From NCBI GenBank assembly GCA_018971685.1, contig JAGXAG010000001.1, positions 90,396 through 154,395 of the forward strand: 64,000 bases of DNA, given 5' to 3'. Under the pieces are notes generated by a model. The model made no database searches, had not been told where the DNA came from, and saw nothing but the letters and a program-made list of their open reading frames with translations. The position numbers and the translations under genes were made by a program. Below are positions 39,210-47,209 of the stretch, piece by piece (position 1 is the first letter of the stretch; every line of letters begins with the position of its first letter). The stretch is from Patescibacteria group bacterium. GTDB taxonomy: Bacteria > Patescibacteriota > Minisyncoccia > Phycocordibacterales > PALSA-1337.

Positions 39210-40377
39210 CGACAACCCGCAACTACTTTTGAACTTGTTCAAGGCATATTATGATGCCCGTAGGCACAAGGGTTTGTCTGCCAATGTTCTGGCTTTTTCG
39301 GCTGATTATGAGAGCAAATTATTCAAACTCTATGAAGATATTCTAGATCGAAGATATGTCATAGGGCCAAGCGTATGCTTCATCGTCAATCGGCCGGTAA
39401 AGCGAGAAATATTCGCCGCCGACTTTCGCGACAGGGTTGTTCATCATCTAATATTCAATTATCTCAATCCTATAGTTGAGAGAGATTTTATAAAGGATAG
39501 TTATAGTTGCAGATTGGGGAAAGGCACTTCTTATGGCGTGCGCAGAGTTAATCATTTTCTGCATTCTTGCTCAGAGAACTATACTCACGAGTGTTGGATC
39601 ATGAAACTGGATATACGAGGTTACTTTATGTCTATGAATAAAGATATTCTATACGGCAAGGTAAAAGAAGTCGTCGATAAGGCGAGAAATATATCTTTTG
39701 ACAAGGAACTCCTCATGTATCTGGTGAATAAAGTTGTATACCACGATCCTGTCACTAATTGTCGTATAAAAGGCGACAGATCAGACTGGGTGGGATTGCC
39801 AAAATCAAAAAGTTTGTTTTTCGCCGAAAAGAACCGAGGATTTCCTATAGGGAATCTCACTAGTCAACTATTCGGGAATATATACATGAATAGGTTCGAC
39901 CATATAATAAAGGAAGATCACAATTTTAAGCATTATGGCCGATATGTTGATGATATGATCTTCGTGCATAAAGACAAGGGGACATTGGCGTCCACGATCC
40001 CGATCGTAAAAAAGTATCTTTTTGAAGAACTTGGGTTGGAATTACATACCAAAAAGATATATTTACAGCCGTCTGCTGTCGGTGTTAGCTTTTTGGGGGC
40101 TTACATAAAGCGATGGTGCCAATATGTCGGAAAAAAGACCAAGACTAATTGTTATACTAGAATCAGTAGGTGGAATTCAGAAGTTAATAAAAACAGCTAC
40201 GACAAGTTTTTATCTTCGATGAATTCATATCTTGGATTTATGAGCCAATACGATACTTATAGGCTTCGCCAGAAAGTCATGTCAAAATTAAGCCGCCAGA
40301 TTGTATCGAAACTGATCATTTCCAAAGATTTTTCTTCGATAAAAATAAATTCTGCAGCGAATACATTACGAACATGA
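39193..40377 (+). CDS. DGR reverse transcriptase
   Basis: RT domain with the IGNLTSQ motif characteristic of DGR RTs and YVDDMIF (YxDD) in the catalytic box; adjacent TR/VR. Confidence 0.9.
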   Translation: MKKSINDNPQLLLNLFKAYYDARRHKGLSANVLAFSADYESKLFKLYEDILDRRYVIGPSVCFIVNRPVKREIFAADFRDRVVHHLIFNYLNPIVERDFIKDSYSCRLGKGTSYGVRRVNHFLHSCSENYTHECWIMKLDIRGYFMSMNKDILYGKVKEVVDKARNISFDKELLMYLVNKVVYHDPVTNCRIKGDRSDWVGLPKSKSLFFAEKNRGFPIGNLTSQLFGNIYMNRFDHIIKEDHNFKHYGRYVDDMIFVHKDKGTLASTIPIVKKYLFEELGLELHTKKIYLQPSAVGVSFLGAYIKRWCQYVGKKTKTNCYTRISRWNSEVNKNSYDKFLSSMNSYLGFMSQYDTYRLRQKVMSKLSRQIVSKLIISKDFSSIKINSAANTLRT

Positions 40378-42326
40378 GAAACAAGCCATCAACAATTCGA
40401 GCGATTGTCACGACGGTTATTATACCAGCAATAGGATTTGCAATACTTTTAGGTATGACGCCAGCCATGGTTATGGCTTCCGCGACCTACTTTTCTTCCG
40501 GTACTGTCAGCTCGACTAACTTACTATCAGGCAGCACAGCATCGTCCATAAACGACTTCTATTACAACTTGTCATCTCTTCCGGGCAACTCAAGTGTTAC
40601 GGTCCAATTCAGCCAAGACGGAACAAATTGGTATTCGGCCGCCGGTACGCTCAACGCTTCCACGAGTATTTCTACCATCGGCGGGGCTACGATCGATCTG
40701 TCAGCTTTGCACTGGTCCGGTTCGTCTTTCTACTATAAGTTTACTTTCTATGCCACTACCGATCAAACCGGCACGCCGGTCATAAACGGAGTCAGAGTCG
40801 ATTATTCGACATCCGGTTCGAATGGCGGCATATTCGCCATAAATAACGGCGGCCACATAGCGGTGGGTACGACTTCTGCCCTGTCGACTCTCGACATAGC
40901 GGGCGGTACAGCCATAGGGACTTATGCCGGCACCGCCGCCGCTCCCAATAACAGTTTGATATTGAGCGGTTTTTTGGGCGTGGGTACTTCTACTCCATCC
41001 AGCAAACTTACCGTGGCGGGAGACGGTTATCTATCCGGCAATCTGACGGTCAACGGCTCGCTCAGCGTGGCTGGTTCTCTATTCCAGATCAACTCTAACG
41101 GAACTTTTACGGCGTCGAGCACGCAAGCTTCGGCGGCTACATCCACCGTATACGGCAATCTCAATGTTACCGGCAACCTGCACGGCCAGACTATTACTTC
41201 GGGCGATCTTGTATTCGCGAACGCTTTCCGGTTCACTGAAGCGCGGCTCGACGGTTCACCACAAGGTATTTTGCTCAAGAATCAGTATGGTTCGACAACT
41301 TTGTCTGTAGATGAGAACGGCAATCTAACCGTTTTGGGCGACATATGTTCCAATGGGAATGTTTCATGTTGGGGCAGATCCATAGTCGATCTGAACAGCG
41401 GCCTAGCTTCTCTGGCTTCATCTACCATGCTTGATATATCCGCCAATGCCGCTTCTACTACGAGGTCGATGTCCGAACTATCTTCAGATATCGACAAGAT
41501 CGACTGGTCTTTGAATCGTGTGTCTTCGAGGTTAGATGCACTGGCTTCATCCAGTCTGACTATGTCCGCTCTGGCCTCGGCCACCGATGCCATGGCCTCT
41601 TCGGCCGGATCGATCTTGGCTTCTTCGACATCGTTCATCCAGAGCGTATCCCAAGCCGTTAACAGCGCCATCCAGTCCACAGGTCAATGGCTTGCGAACC
41701 AAATAACGGTTGCCAAGGGTATCTTTACCGAGCTTACAGCCGGCAAGGCTGACATTCAGACGGCCAATATTCAAACGCTCTGTATCGGCCAGACTTGCGT
41801 GTCAGAGAGCCAATTCAAGGCGATGTTGGCGCACGAGAATGTGACGCCGGTCCAACCATCCCCGATGTCGGCGCAGAGCAGTTCGACGAACATTACGACT
41901 GATACTGCGACAGCTCCCGCTGCCACGACCGCTTCTACGACAATGCCTGCGGCTGTGTCGGCAGGTACCTCTATAATTGCAACTTCATCCACTGACCGGG
42001 CAGATCAGACAGCGACCACTTCTGTAGGCGTTGTTCCCGCGGCTTCTACGACATCAGCCACGATCATGGTTTCGGAAGCTTCCGGAACATCGACTGCCGC
42101 CGCGGTATCAGAGACTTCAACCACTTCAACGGCAACGGTTTATACAACTCTGCCGATCATGAGTTCGACCACTACGGTATCTGCCCCGGTTGAACCGGCG
42201 GCATCGTCCGTTTCCGAATCGTCGACCACGGCGGTCGACCGTGTTTCCGCGGCTCCCACACCAATCACAGATATGACTACCACCGGCACCGCTCCTGCGC
42301 AGGCGTCAACTTCAGCGGCCCACTAA
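40374..42326 (+). CDS. Large S/T-rich surface protein (fibre-like), co-transcribed with the RT
   Basis: N-terminal TM anchor; G/S/T-rich beta-repeat region (LTVNGSLSVAGS...); T/S/A-rich C-terminus; the ATG overlaps the RT stop (ATGA). Confidence 0.6.
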   Translation: MRNKPSTIRAIVTTVIIPAIGFAILLGMTPAMVMASATYFSSGTVSSTNLLSGSTASSINDFYYNLSSLPGNSSVTVQFSQDGTNWYSAAGTLNASTSISTIGGATIDLSALHWSGSSFYYKFTFYATTDQTGTPVINGVRVDYSTSGSNGGIFAINNGGHIAVGTTSALSTLDIAGGTAIGTYAGTAAAPNNSLILSGFLGVGTSTPSSKLTVAGDGYLSGNLTVNGSLSVAGSLFQINSNGTFTASSTQASAATSTVYGNLNVTGNLHGQTITSGDLVFANAFRFTEARLDGSPQGILLKNQYGSTTLSVDENGNLTVLGDICSNGNVSCWGRSIVDLNSGLASLASSTMLDISANAASTTRSMSELSSDIDKIDWSLNRVSSRLDALASSSLTMSALASATDAMASSAGSILASSTSFIQSVSQAVNSAIQSTGQWLANQITVAKGIFTELTAGKADIQTANIQTLCIGQTCVSESQFKAMLAHENVTPVQPSPMSAQSSSTNITTDTATAPAATTASTTMPAAVSAGTSIIATSSTDRADQTATTSVGVVPAASTTSATIMVSEASGTSTAAAVSETSTTSTATVYTTLPIMSSTTTVSAPVEPAASSVSESSTTAVDRVSAAPTPITDMTTTGTAPAQASTSAAH

Positions 42327-42330
42327 GAGT

Positions 42331-42393
42331 GGCGGCGGCTATCCGGCCAGCCAAGCGAGCAAAAAGAGTCCGATCGAAGCCCTCCGGTATGAG
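42331..42393. repeat. Right copy of the direct repeat bounding the DGR island
   Basis: See 36375-36437. Confidence 0.9.
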
Positions 42394-42682
42394 TGATTGA
42401 AATTTCGCGCGATGTCAGCCGATAAACCATTCGTGGGCCGGCACGATCTCTATTTTTGCGCCATCGAGTTCAATAACCTCTTTCCAGAAATTTATTATGT
42501 CTCTTATTTTTTCGTCGTTTTTTGTGGTCATGTTTAAGTCAAGTATATGTTACTAAATACTATAAAATAAGTCAAGTATACATGACTTATTTGTAAATCT
42601 CTCAAGAAATCCAAGTATTAAGCCATTTTTTGTCATTTTTTTATCGCAATTAATTAACAGTGACTATTATTGTGCGCATCAA

Positions 42683-43522
42683 TCAGTTCACCGAAGGCAA
42701 TACGATCTTGAAAGTCGACCCTTTGCCGGCGCCGGGAGAAGAGACCTCGATCCGGCCGCGGTGGCGGCGGACGATGGAATCGGCCAAATAGAGGCCGACG
42801 CCGAAACCTTCGGTATCAGCCGATACGGCGTTTTTGCCGCGGAAGAATTTCGAAAACAGGCGGGGGAATTCTTCCGGAGAAATGCCGATGCCTTGGTCCG
42901 AGACAGTGATGGCCGCTTTTGCGCCAATTTTGGAAACATCGACGCGCACACTTTTGCCGGGCGGAGAGTAAAGGCGGGCATTGTCAAAAAGGACCTGCAG
43001 GGCGAATTCCACGCGCGCCTTATCGACTTTGACATAAATCGGTTCGCGGTCGCATTCGACGGAAAAGAAAATATTTTTTTCATGAAAAGAATCTTTCGCC
43101 AAACCGGCGACGCGGCGCGTGAGTTCGCAGAGGTCGGTCTTTTCGAACAAATAAGCCGCCCGGGCCAGGCCGTCTGAGTCGGCCAGTTCGACAAGCGTAC
43201 CGGTCAGATCTATCAATTGGCGATTTGCTTTCGCGATCTGGCCCAAGCTCTCCAGTTTGTACGGATCCTGTTCCGCGGAGGCCATGCTCTCGATGAGCCA
43301 TTTGACCTGCGAAAGCGGTGTCTGGAATTTGTGGGCGATGATGGTGATAAACTCCTCTTTTAAGTCCTCATTTTTCCTCGAGGAGAGATTTAGCATGTAA
43401 ACAAGAAGAAAAATGAGCGCAATCGCCGCGACGAATAACACCATGACCAATGTCGAATGGTCGGCTATATAGCTTTCGATGGACAAGACCGCTTCGGCGC
43501 TCATATTTTCATTATACAGCAA
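42683..43522 (-). CDS. Sensor histidine kinase (membrane-anchored, orphan)
   Basis: H-box IIAHKFQTPLSQ; HATPase_c G-boxes GFGVGLYLADSIVRRHRG...GKGSTF. Confidence 0.8.
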   Translation of the reverse strand: MLYNENMSAEAVLSIESYIADHSTLVMVLFVAAIALIFLLVYMLNLSSRKNEDLKEEFITIIAHKFQTPLSQVKWLIESMASAEQDPYKLESLGQIAKANRQLIDLTGTLVELADSDGLARAAYLFEKTDLCELTRRVAGLAKDSFHEKNIFFSVECDREPIYVKVDKARVEFALQVLFDNARLYSPPGKSVRVDVSKIGAKAAITVSDQGIGISPEEFPRLFSKFFRGKNAVSADTEGFGVGLYLADSIVRRHRGRIEVSSPGAGKGSTFKIVLPSVN

Positions 43523-43529
43523 TGTCCTT

Positions 43530-43557
43530 GACCGGAAAACGGCGCTCTGTTAATATG
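43530..43557 (+). promoter_or_regulatory. Putative promoter re-initiating the ribosomal operon after the accessory block
   Basis: TTGACC, 17 nt, TAATAT about 40 nt upstream of rpsS. Confidence 0.3.
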
Positions 43558-43595
43558 TTTTCAAGCTCCGCAACGGGCTTATTTATTTCAAAAGG

Positions 43596-43940
43596 ATGTC
43601 GCGATCACTCAAAAAAGGTCCATTCGTGGACGAAAATCTCCTAAAGAAAATCGCCGGCAAGAAACCGGGCTCTTTGGGCGTGATCAAGACTTGGGCGCGC
43701 CGCTCGCAGATATCGCCGGAAATGGTCGGTTTTACCTTCGGCGTGCATAATGGCAAAAATCACATAGATGTGTTCGTCACCGAGGATATGGTAGGACACC
43801 GCCTCGGTGAATTCGCTCTTACCAGAAAATTCACGCGCCACGGCGGCAAAATGCAAAAGGAGATCGAAGCCAAGGCCAAAGAAGCCGAAGTGGCGGCAGC
43901 CAAGTCGGCGAAAGAAGCGGCAACGGCGGCGGCCAAATAA
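43596..43940 (+). CDS. rpsS: 30S ribosomal protein S19 (A/K-rich C-terminal extension)
   Basis: [12 protein letters not shown]...[15 protein letters not shown]. Confidence 0.9.
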   Translation: MSRSLKKGPFVDENLLKKIAGKKPGSLGVIKTWARRSQISPEMVGFTFGVHNGKNHIDVFVTEDMVGHRLGEFALTRKFTRHGGKMQKEIEAKAKEAEVAAAKSAKEAATAAAK

Positions 43941-43961
43941 ATCCGGCGTTATCGTATCACC

Positions 43962-44339
43962 ATGATCACCGCATCCCTCAAAAACTACCGAATATCGCCG
44001 CGAAAGATGCGCATTGTCGCAGATATGATCCGTGGCAAGAATGTGAGCCAGGCCAAGCTCATTTTGCAGAATGCGGCCAAAAAAGCCAAGCATCCTCTGA
44101 GCGACTTGGTCGACTCGGCGATGGCGAATGCCAAGCATAATTTCAAGGTTGACGCCGACCTGCTCATAGTCAAGGAAATCCGCGTCGACCGGGGCATTGT
44201 CATGAAGAGATTCCGGCCGGTATCGAGAGGTTCGGCGCACCCGATAAAAAAGAAAACCAGCCATGTCAGTATCACGCTGGCGCCGATGGCACCGTCGAAA
44301 AGCCAAAAAATCGAAAAGCCGAAAAGCAAACACCCTTAA
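43962..44339 (+). CDS. rplV: 50S ribosomal protein L22
   Basis: ARNIRISPRKMR-type N-terminus (NYRISPRKMRIVADMIRG). Confidence 0.9.
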   Translation: MITASLKNYRISPRKMRIVADMIRGKNVSQAKLILQNAAKKAKHPLSDLVDSAMANAKHNFKVDADLLIVKEIRVDRGIVMKRFRPVSRGSAHPIKKKTSHVSITLAPMAPSKSQKIEKPKSKHP

Positions 44340-44345
44340 ACTCCC

Positions 44346-45017
44346 ATGTCACACACCGTACATCCATATTCGCACAGGCTAGGGATCATCCGCGACTGGA
44401 AGAGCCGCTGGTTTTCGATGCACAAAAATTACCGCACGGCGCTCAAAACCGACATCATCATCCGTGAATTCTTGCAGGAAGAATTGCGGCCGTATTTCTT
44501 GGGCGGAGTTGAAATAGAAAGAACCAGAAAAGCGCTGCGCGTGCTGGTCAAAACTTCAAGGCCCGGCATGATCATCGGCAAATCGGGCGACGGAGCCGCC
44601 AAATTGCGCGCCAAGGTTTTGTCGCTTTTGCGCAAAAACAAGATCGATTTGGGGACGCAAGAATTCAAGCTCGACATAGAAGAAATACGAAATCCGGAAT
44701 CAAATGCGGCGATAGCGGCCATGATGATAGCCGAATCGCTGGAAAAACGCTTGCCGTTCCGGCGCGTAATGAAGCAATCGCTGGAAAAAATCATAGCGAA
44801 CAAAGATGTAAAAGGCGTGCGCATATACCTGGGCGGCCGCTTGGGCGGCGCGGAAATCGCGCGTTCTGAAGATATGAAGAAGGGTCGCGTGCCGTTGCAA
44901 ACCTTGCGCGCGGACATCGACTTTGCCCGCGAGAAAGCGCACATGGCATACGGGGACATCGGCATAAAAGTGTGGATTTACAAGGGAGAAGTGTTTAAAA
45001 AAGACCAAAATAAATAG
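44346..45017 (+). CDS. rpsC: 30S ribosomal protein S3
   Basis: KH domain GMIIGKSGDG; C-terminal domain. Confidence 0.9.
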   Translation: MSHTVHPYSHRLGIIRDWKSRWFSMHKNYRTALKTDIIIREFLQEELRPYFLGGVEIERTRKALRVLVKTSRPGMIIGKSGDGAAKLRAKVLSLLRKNKIDLGTQEFKLDIEEIRNPESNAAIAAMMIAESLEKRLPFRRVMKQSLEKIIANKDVKGVRIYLGGRLGGAEIARSEDMKKGRVPLQTLRADIDFAREKAHMAYGDIGIKVWIYKGEVFKKDQNK

Positions 45018-45019
45018 CC

Positions 45020-45445
45020 ATGTTATTCCCCAAGAAAGTCAAACACCGCAAGTGGTTCACGAAGCGCAAGCATCCGCTGAAAGAGGCGGCGCATCCGGAG
45101 ACGCGCGGCATCAAACTGTCGTTCGGGTCTTTCGGCTTGAAAGCGTCGGAATACGGCCGGGTCACTTCTAATCAGATCGAAGCGGCCAGAAAGGCGGCGA
45201 TGCATAGAGCGGGCAAGACCGGCAAAGTCTGGATCCGCGTCTTTCCGGACCATCCTTTTACTCAGAAGCCGGCCGAGGTCAAAATGGGCAAAGGCAAGGG
45301 CGATCCGGTCGGATTTATCGCGGAAGTCAAGCCGGGACGGATCATTTTCGAAATTGACGGCGTGGAATCGGCCGATGCGACCGAAGCGATGAGAAAAGCG
45401 GGCACGAAACTGCCGATCAAGACCAGGTTCGTGAGCCGAGCGTGA
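45020..45445 (+). CDS. rplP: 50S ribosomal protein L16
   Basis: [11 protein letters not shown]... Confidence 0.9.
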   Translation: MLFPKKVKHRKWFTKRKHPLKEAAHPETRGIKLSFGSFGLKASEYGRVTSNQIEAARKAAMHRAGKTGKVWIRVFPDHPFTQKPAEVKMGKGKGDPVGFIAEVKPGRIIFEIDGVESADATEAMRKAGTKLPIKTRFVSRA

Positions 45446-45466
45446 TTTTTTGCCACAATTAACATC

Positions 45467-45658
45467 ATGAAGACCAAAGAAATAACAAACAGGACGGCTG
45501 CCGATCTGGCGAAAATGCTCGCGGAGAAGCGGGAAGCTTTGCGCGTATTCCGGTTCGGCGGAGCGGGAGCGAAAACAAAAAATGTCAAGGAGGGTGCGGC
45601 GATCAGAAAGGATATCGCCAGGATTTTGACGGTTATTAACGGGAAAAACACAGGTTAA
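45467..45658 (+). CDS. rpmC: 50S ribosomal protein L29
   Basis: Size and position; L29-like helical protein. Confidence 0.8.
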   Translation: MKTKEITNRTAADLAKMLAEKREALRVFRFGGAGAKTKNVKEGAAIRKDIARILTVINGKNTG

Positions 45659-45735
45659 CTTTATTTTTAAGCAATACCGGCAACACAACGCCGGATTTGT
45701 AAAAATGTCTGAATTAATGTAATATCGAGAATCAC

Positions 45736-45990
45736 ATGCCAACCGCAGAAACAACCGAAAATGAGATCAGGCGCCAAACATTCACCGGCGTCGTAACTTC
45801 CGACAAGATGAAAGATACGGCGGTTGTGACGATATCCAGATATGTGAAGCATCCGAAATACCATAAGTACCAAATGAAGAAGACCAAATTGCTGGCGCAC
45901 GATCCGGGCAACACCAAGAAAATCGGAGACAAGGCGACGGTGGAGGCGTGCCGGCCGATGTCTAAGAGAAAAGCCTTCAAGATAATATGA
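45736..45990 (+). CDS. rpsQ: 30S ribosomal protein S17
   Basis: GVVTSDKMKDTAVV...HDPGN..K.GD.V.I..CRP.SK.K. Confidence 0.9.
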   Translation: MPTAETTENEIRRQTFTGVVTSDKMKDTAVVTISRYVKHPKYHKYQMKKTKLLAHDPGNTKKIGDKATVEACRPMSKRKAFKII

Positions 45991-46358
45991 TACAACCGCG
46001 CACAATCGTAAATATCGCTGACAATTCCGGCGCCAAGATCGGACGCATATTCAAGGTGCTGGGTGCGACGAGGAAGAGATATGCCGAAATCGGCGACATC
46101 GTTGTTTTGTCGGTACAAAAGGCCGAGCCGCGCAAGACGGTCAAAAAGAAAGATGTTTTGCAAGCAGTCGTGGTCAGGCAATCTAAGCCGACGAGGAGAA
46201 AGGACGGTTCGTATGTCCGCTTTGACGAGAATGCGGTCGTGGTGCTGGAGAAGGGCAAGAAGGAGCCCTTGGCGGGACGCATTTTCGGGCCGATACCCAG
46301 AGAAATCGCGGATAAAGGATTCAAAACGATCGCGTCGAAAGCGGCGGAAATAGTTTAA
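45987..46358 (+). CDS. rplN: 50S ribosomal protein L14
   Basis: MIQPRTIVNIADNSGAK. Confidence 0.95.
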   Translation: MIQPRTIVNIADNSGAKIGRIFKVLGATRKRYAEIGDIVVLSVQKAEPRKTVKKKDVLQAVVVRQSKPTRRKDGSYVRFDENAVVVLEKGKKEPLAGRIFGPIPREIADKGFKTIASKAAEIV

Positions 46359-46362
46359 TACC

Positions 46363-46581
46363 ATGCATATCAAAAAAGGCGACACAGTCAAAATACTTTC
46401 CGGCGATGACAAAGGCAAAACCGCCAAGGTCGCCAAGGCCTTTCCAAAAGAAGGAAGGATTTTGATCGAAGGCGTGAATACGGTGAAGAAGCACGAGAGA
46501 TCGAGACAGCAAGACGGCAAAGGACAAGTGGTGGAGAAAGCAATGCCGATACGGGCTTCAAAGGTTTCAAAGGTTGGTTAA
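46363..46581 (+). CDS. rplX: 50S ribosomal protein L24
   Basis: MHIKKGDTVKILSGDDKGK KOW motif. Confidence 0.9.
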   Translation: MHIKKGDTVKILSGDDKGKTAKVAKAFPKEGRILIEGVNTVKKHERSRQQDGKGQVVEKAMPIRASKVSKVG

Positions 46582-46587
46582 AATCAA

Positions 46588-47130
46588 ATGGCATACAAAA
46601 CCACGCAAGAATTGAATAAGGATTCATTCAAGGCTTTGAAGGAAAAGCTTGCTTTGAAAAATCCGATGCAGGCGCCGAAGCTGGTGAAGGTGGCGGTTTC
46701 GAGCGGCTTCGGTTCCACCAAGGATCAGAAAAAAATCGGACTTATCGCGGACAGGCTGGCGAAGATCACGGGCCAAAAGCCGGCGACGCGCGCGGCGAAA
46801 AAGGCGATCGCGACCTTCAAGACCAGGACCGGCGATCCGTTGGCGTATCAAGTCACTTTGCGAGGCAAACAGATGCATGAATTCTTGGACCGGCTGATCC
46901 ACATCGCTCTGCCGCGCACCAAAGATTTCCGCGGCCTGCCGAGGACGGCGATCGACGCGATGGGCAATTATACTATCGGCGTGAAAGAGCACACTATTTT
47001 CCCGGAGACGGCGGATGAAGATCTGAAAGATGTCTTCGGCCTGGGGATCACGATCGTCACGACTTCGCGCGACAAAAAGGCGACTGAGGCGTTCCTGGAG
47101 CATTTGGGATTGCCGCTGAAAAGGGAGTAA
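46588..47130 (+). CDS. rplE: 50S ribosomal protein L5
   Basis: L5 family; position after L24. Confidence 0.9.
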   Translation: MAYKTTQELNKDSFKALKEKLALKNPMQAPKLVKVAVSSGFGSTKDQKKIGLIADRLAKITGQKPATRAAKKAIATFKTRTGDPLAYQVTLRGKQMHEFLDRLIHIALPRTKDFRGLPRTAIDAMGNYTIGVKEHTIFPETADEDLKDVFGLGITIVTTSRDKKATEAFLEHLGLPLKRE

Positions 47131-47209
47131 AATCGCGCTTCGTTGCCGACTTTTATGGTGTAAGAAATGTCTTTGCGGAATTTGCGCCTGACACTATAAT
47201 AGAGGAACG

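Noticed and set aside
36437-42330. Integrase/recombinase or transposase that could explain island mobility
   Set aside because: None of the ORFs within or flanking either island shows tyrosine or serine recombinase or DDE motifs. The islands are called from the direct repeats alone, with an unknown mechanism.
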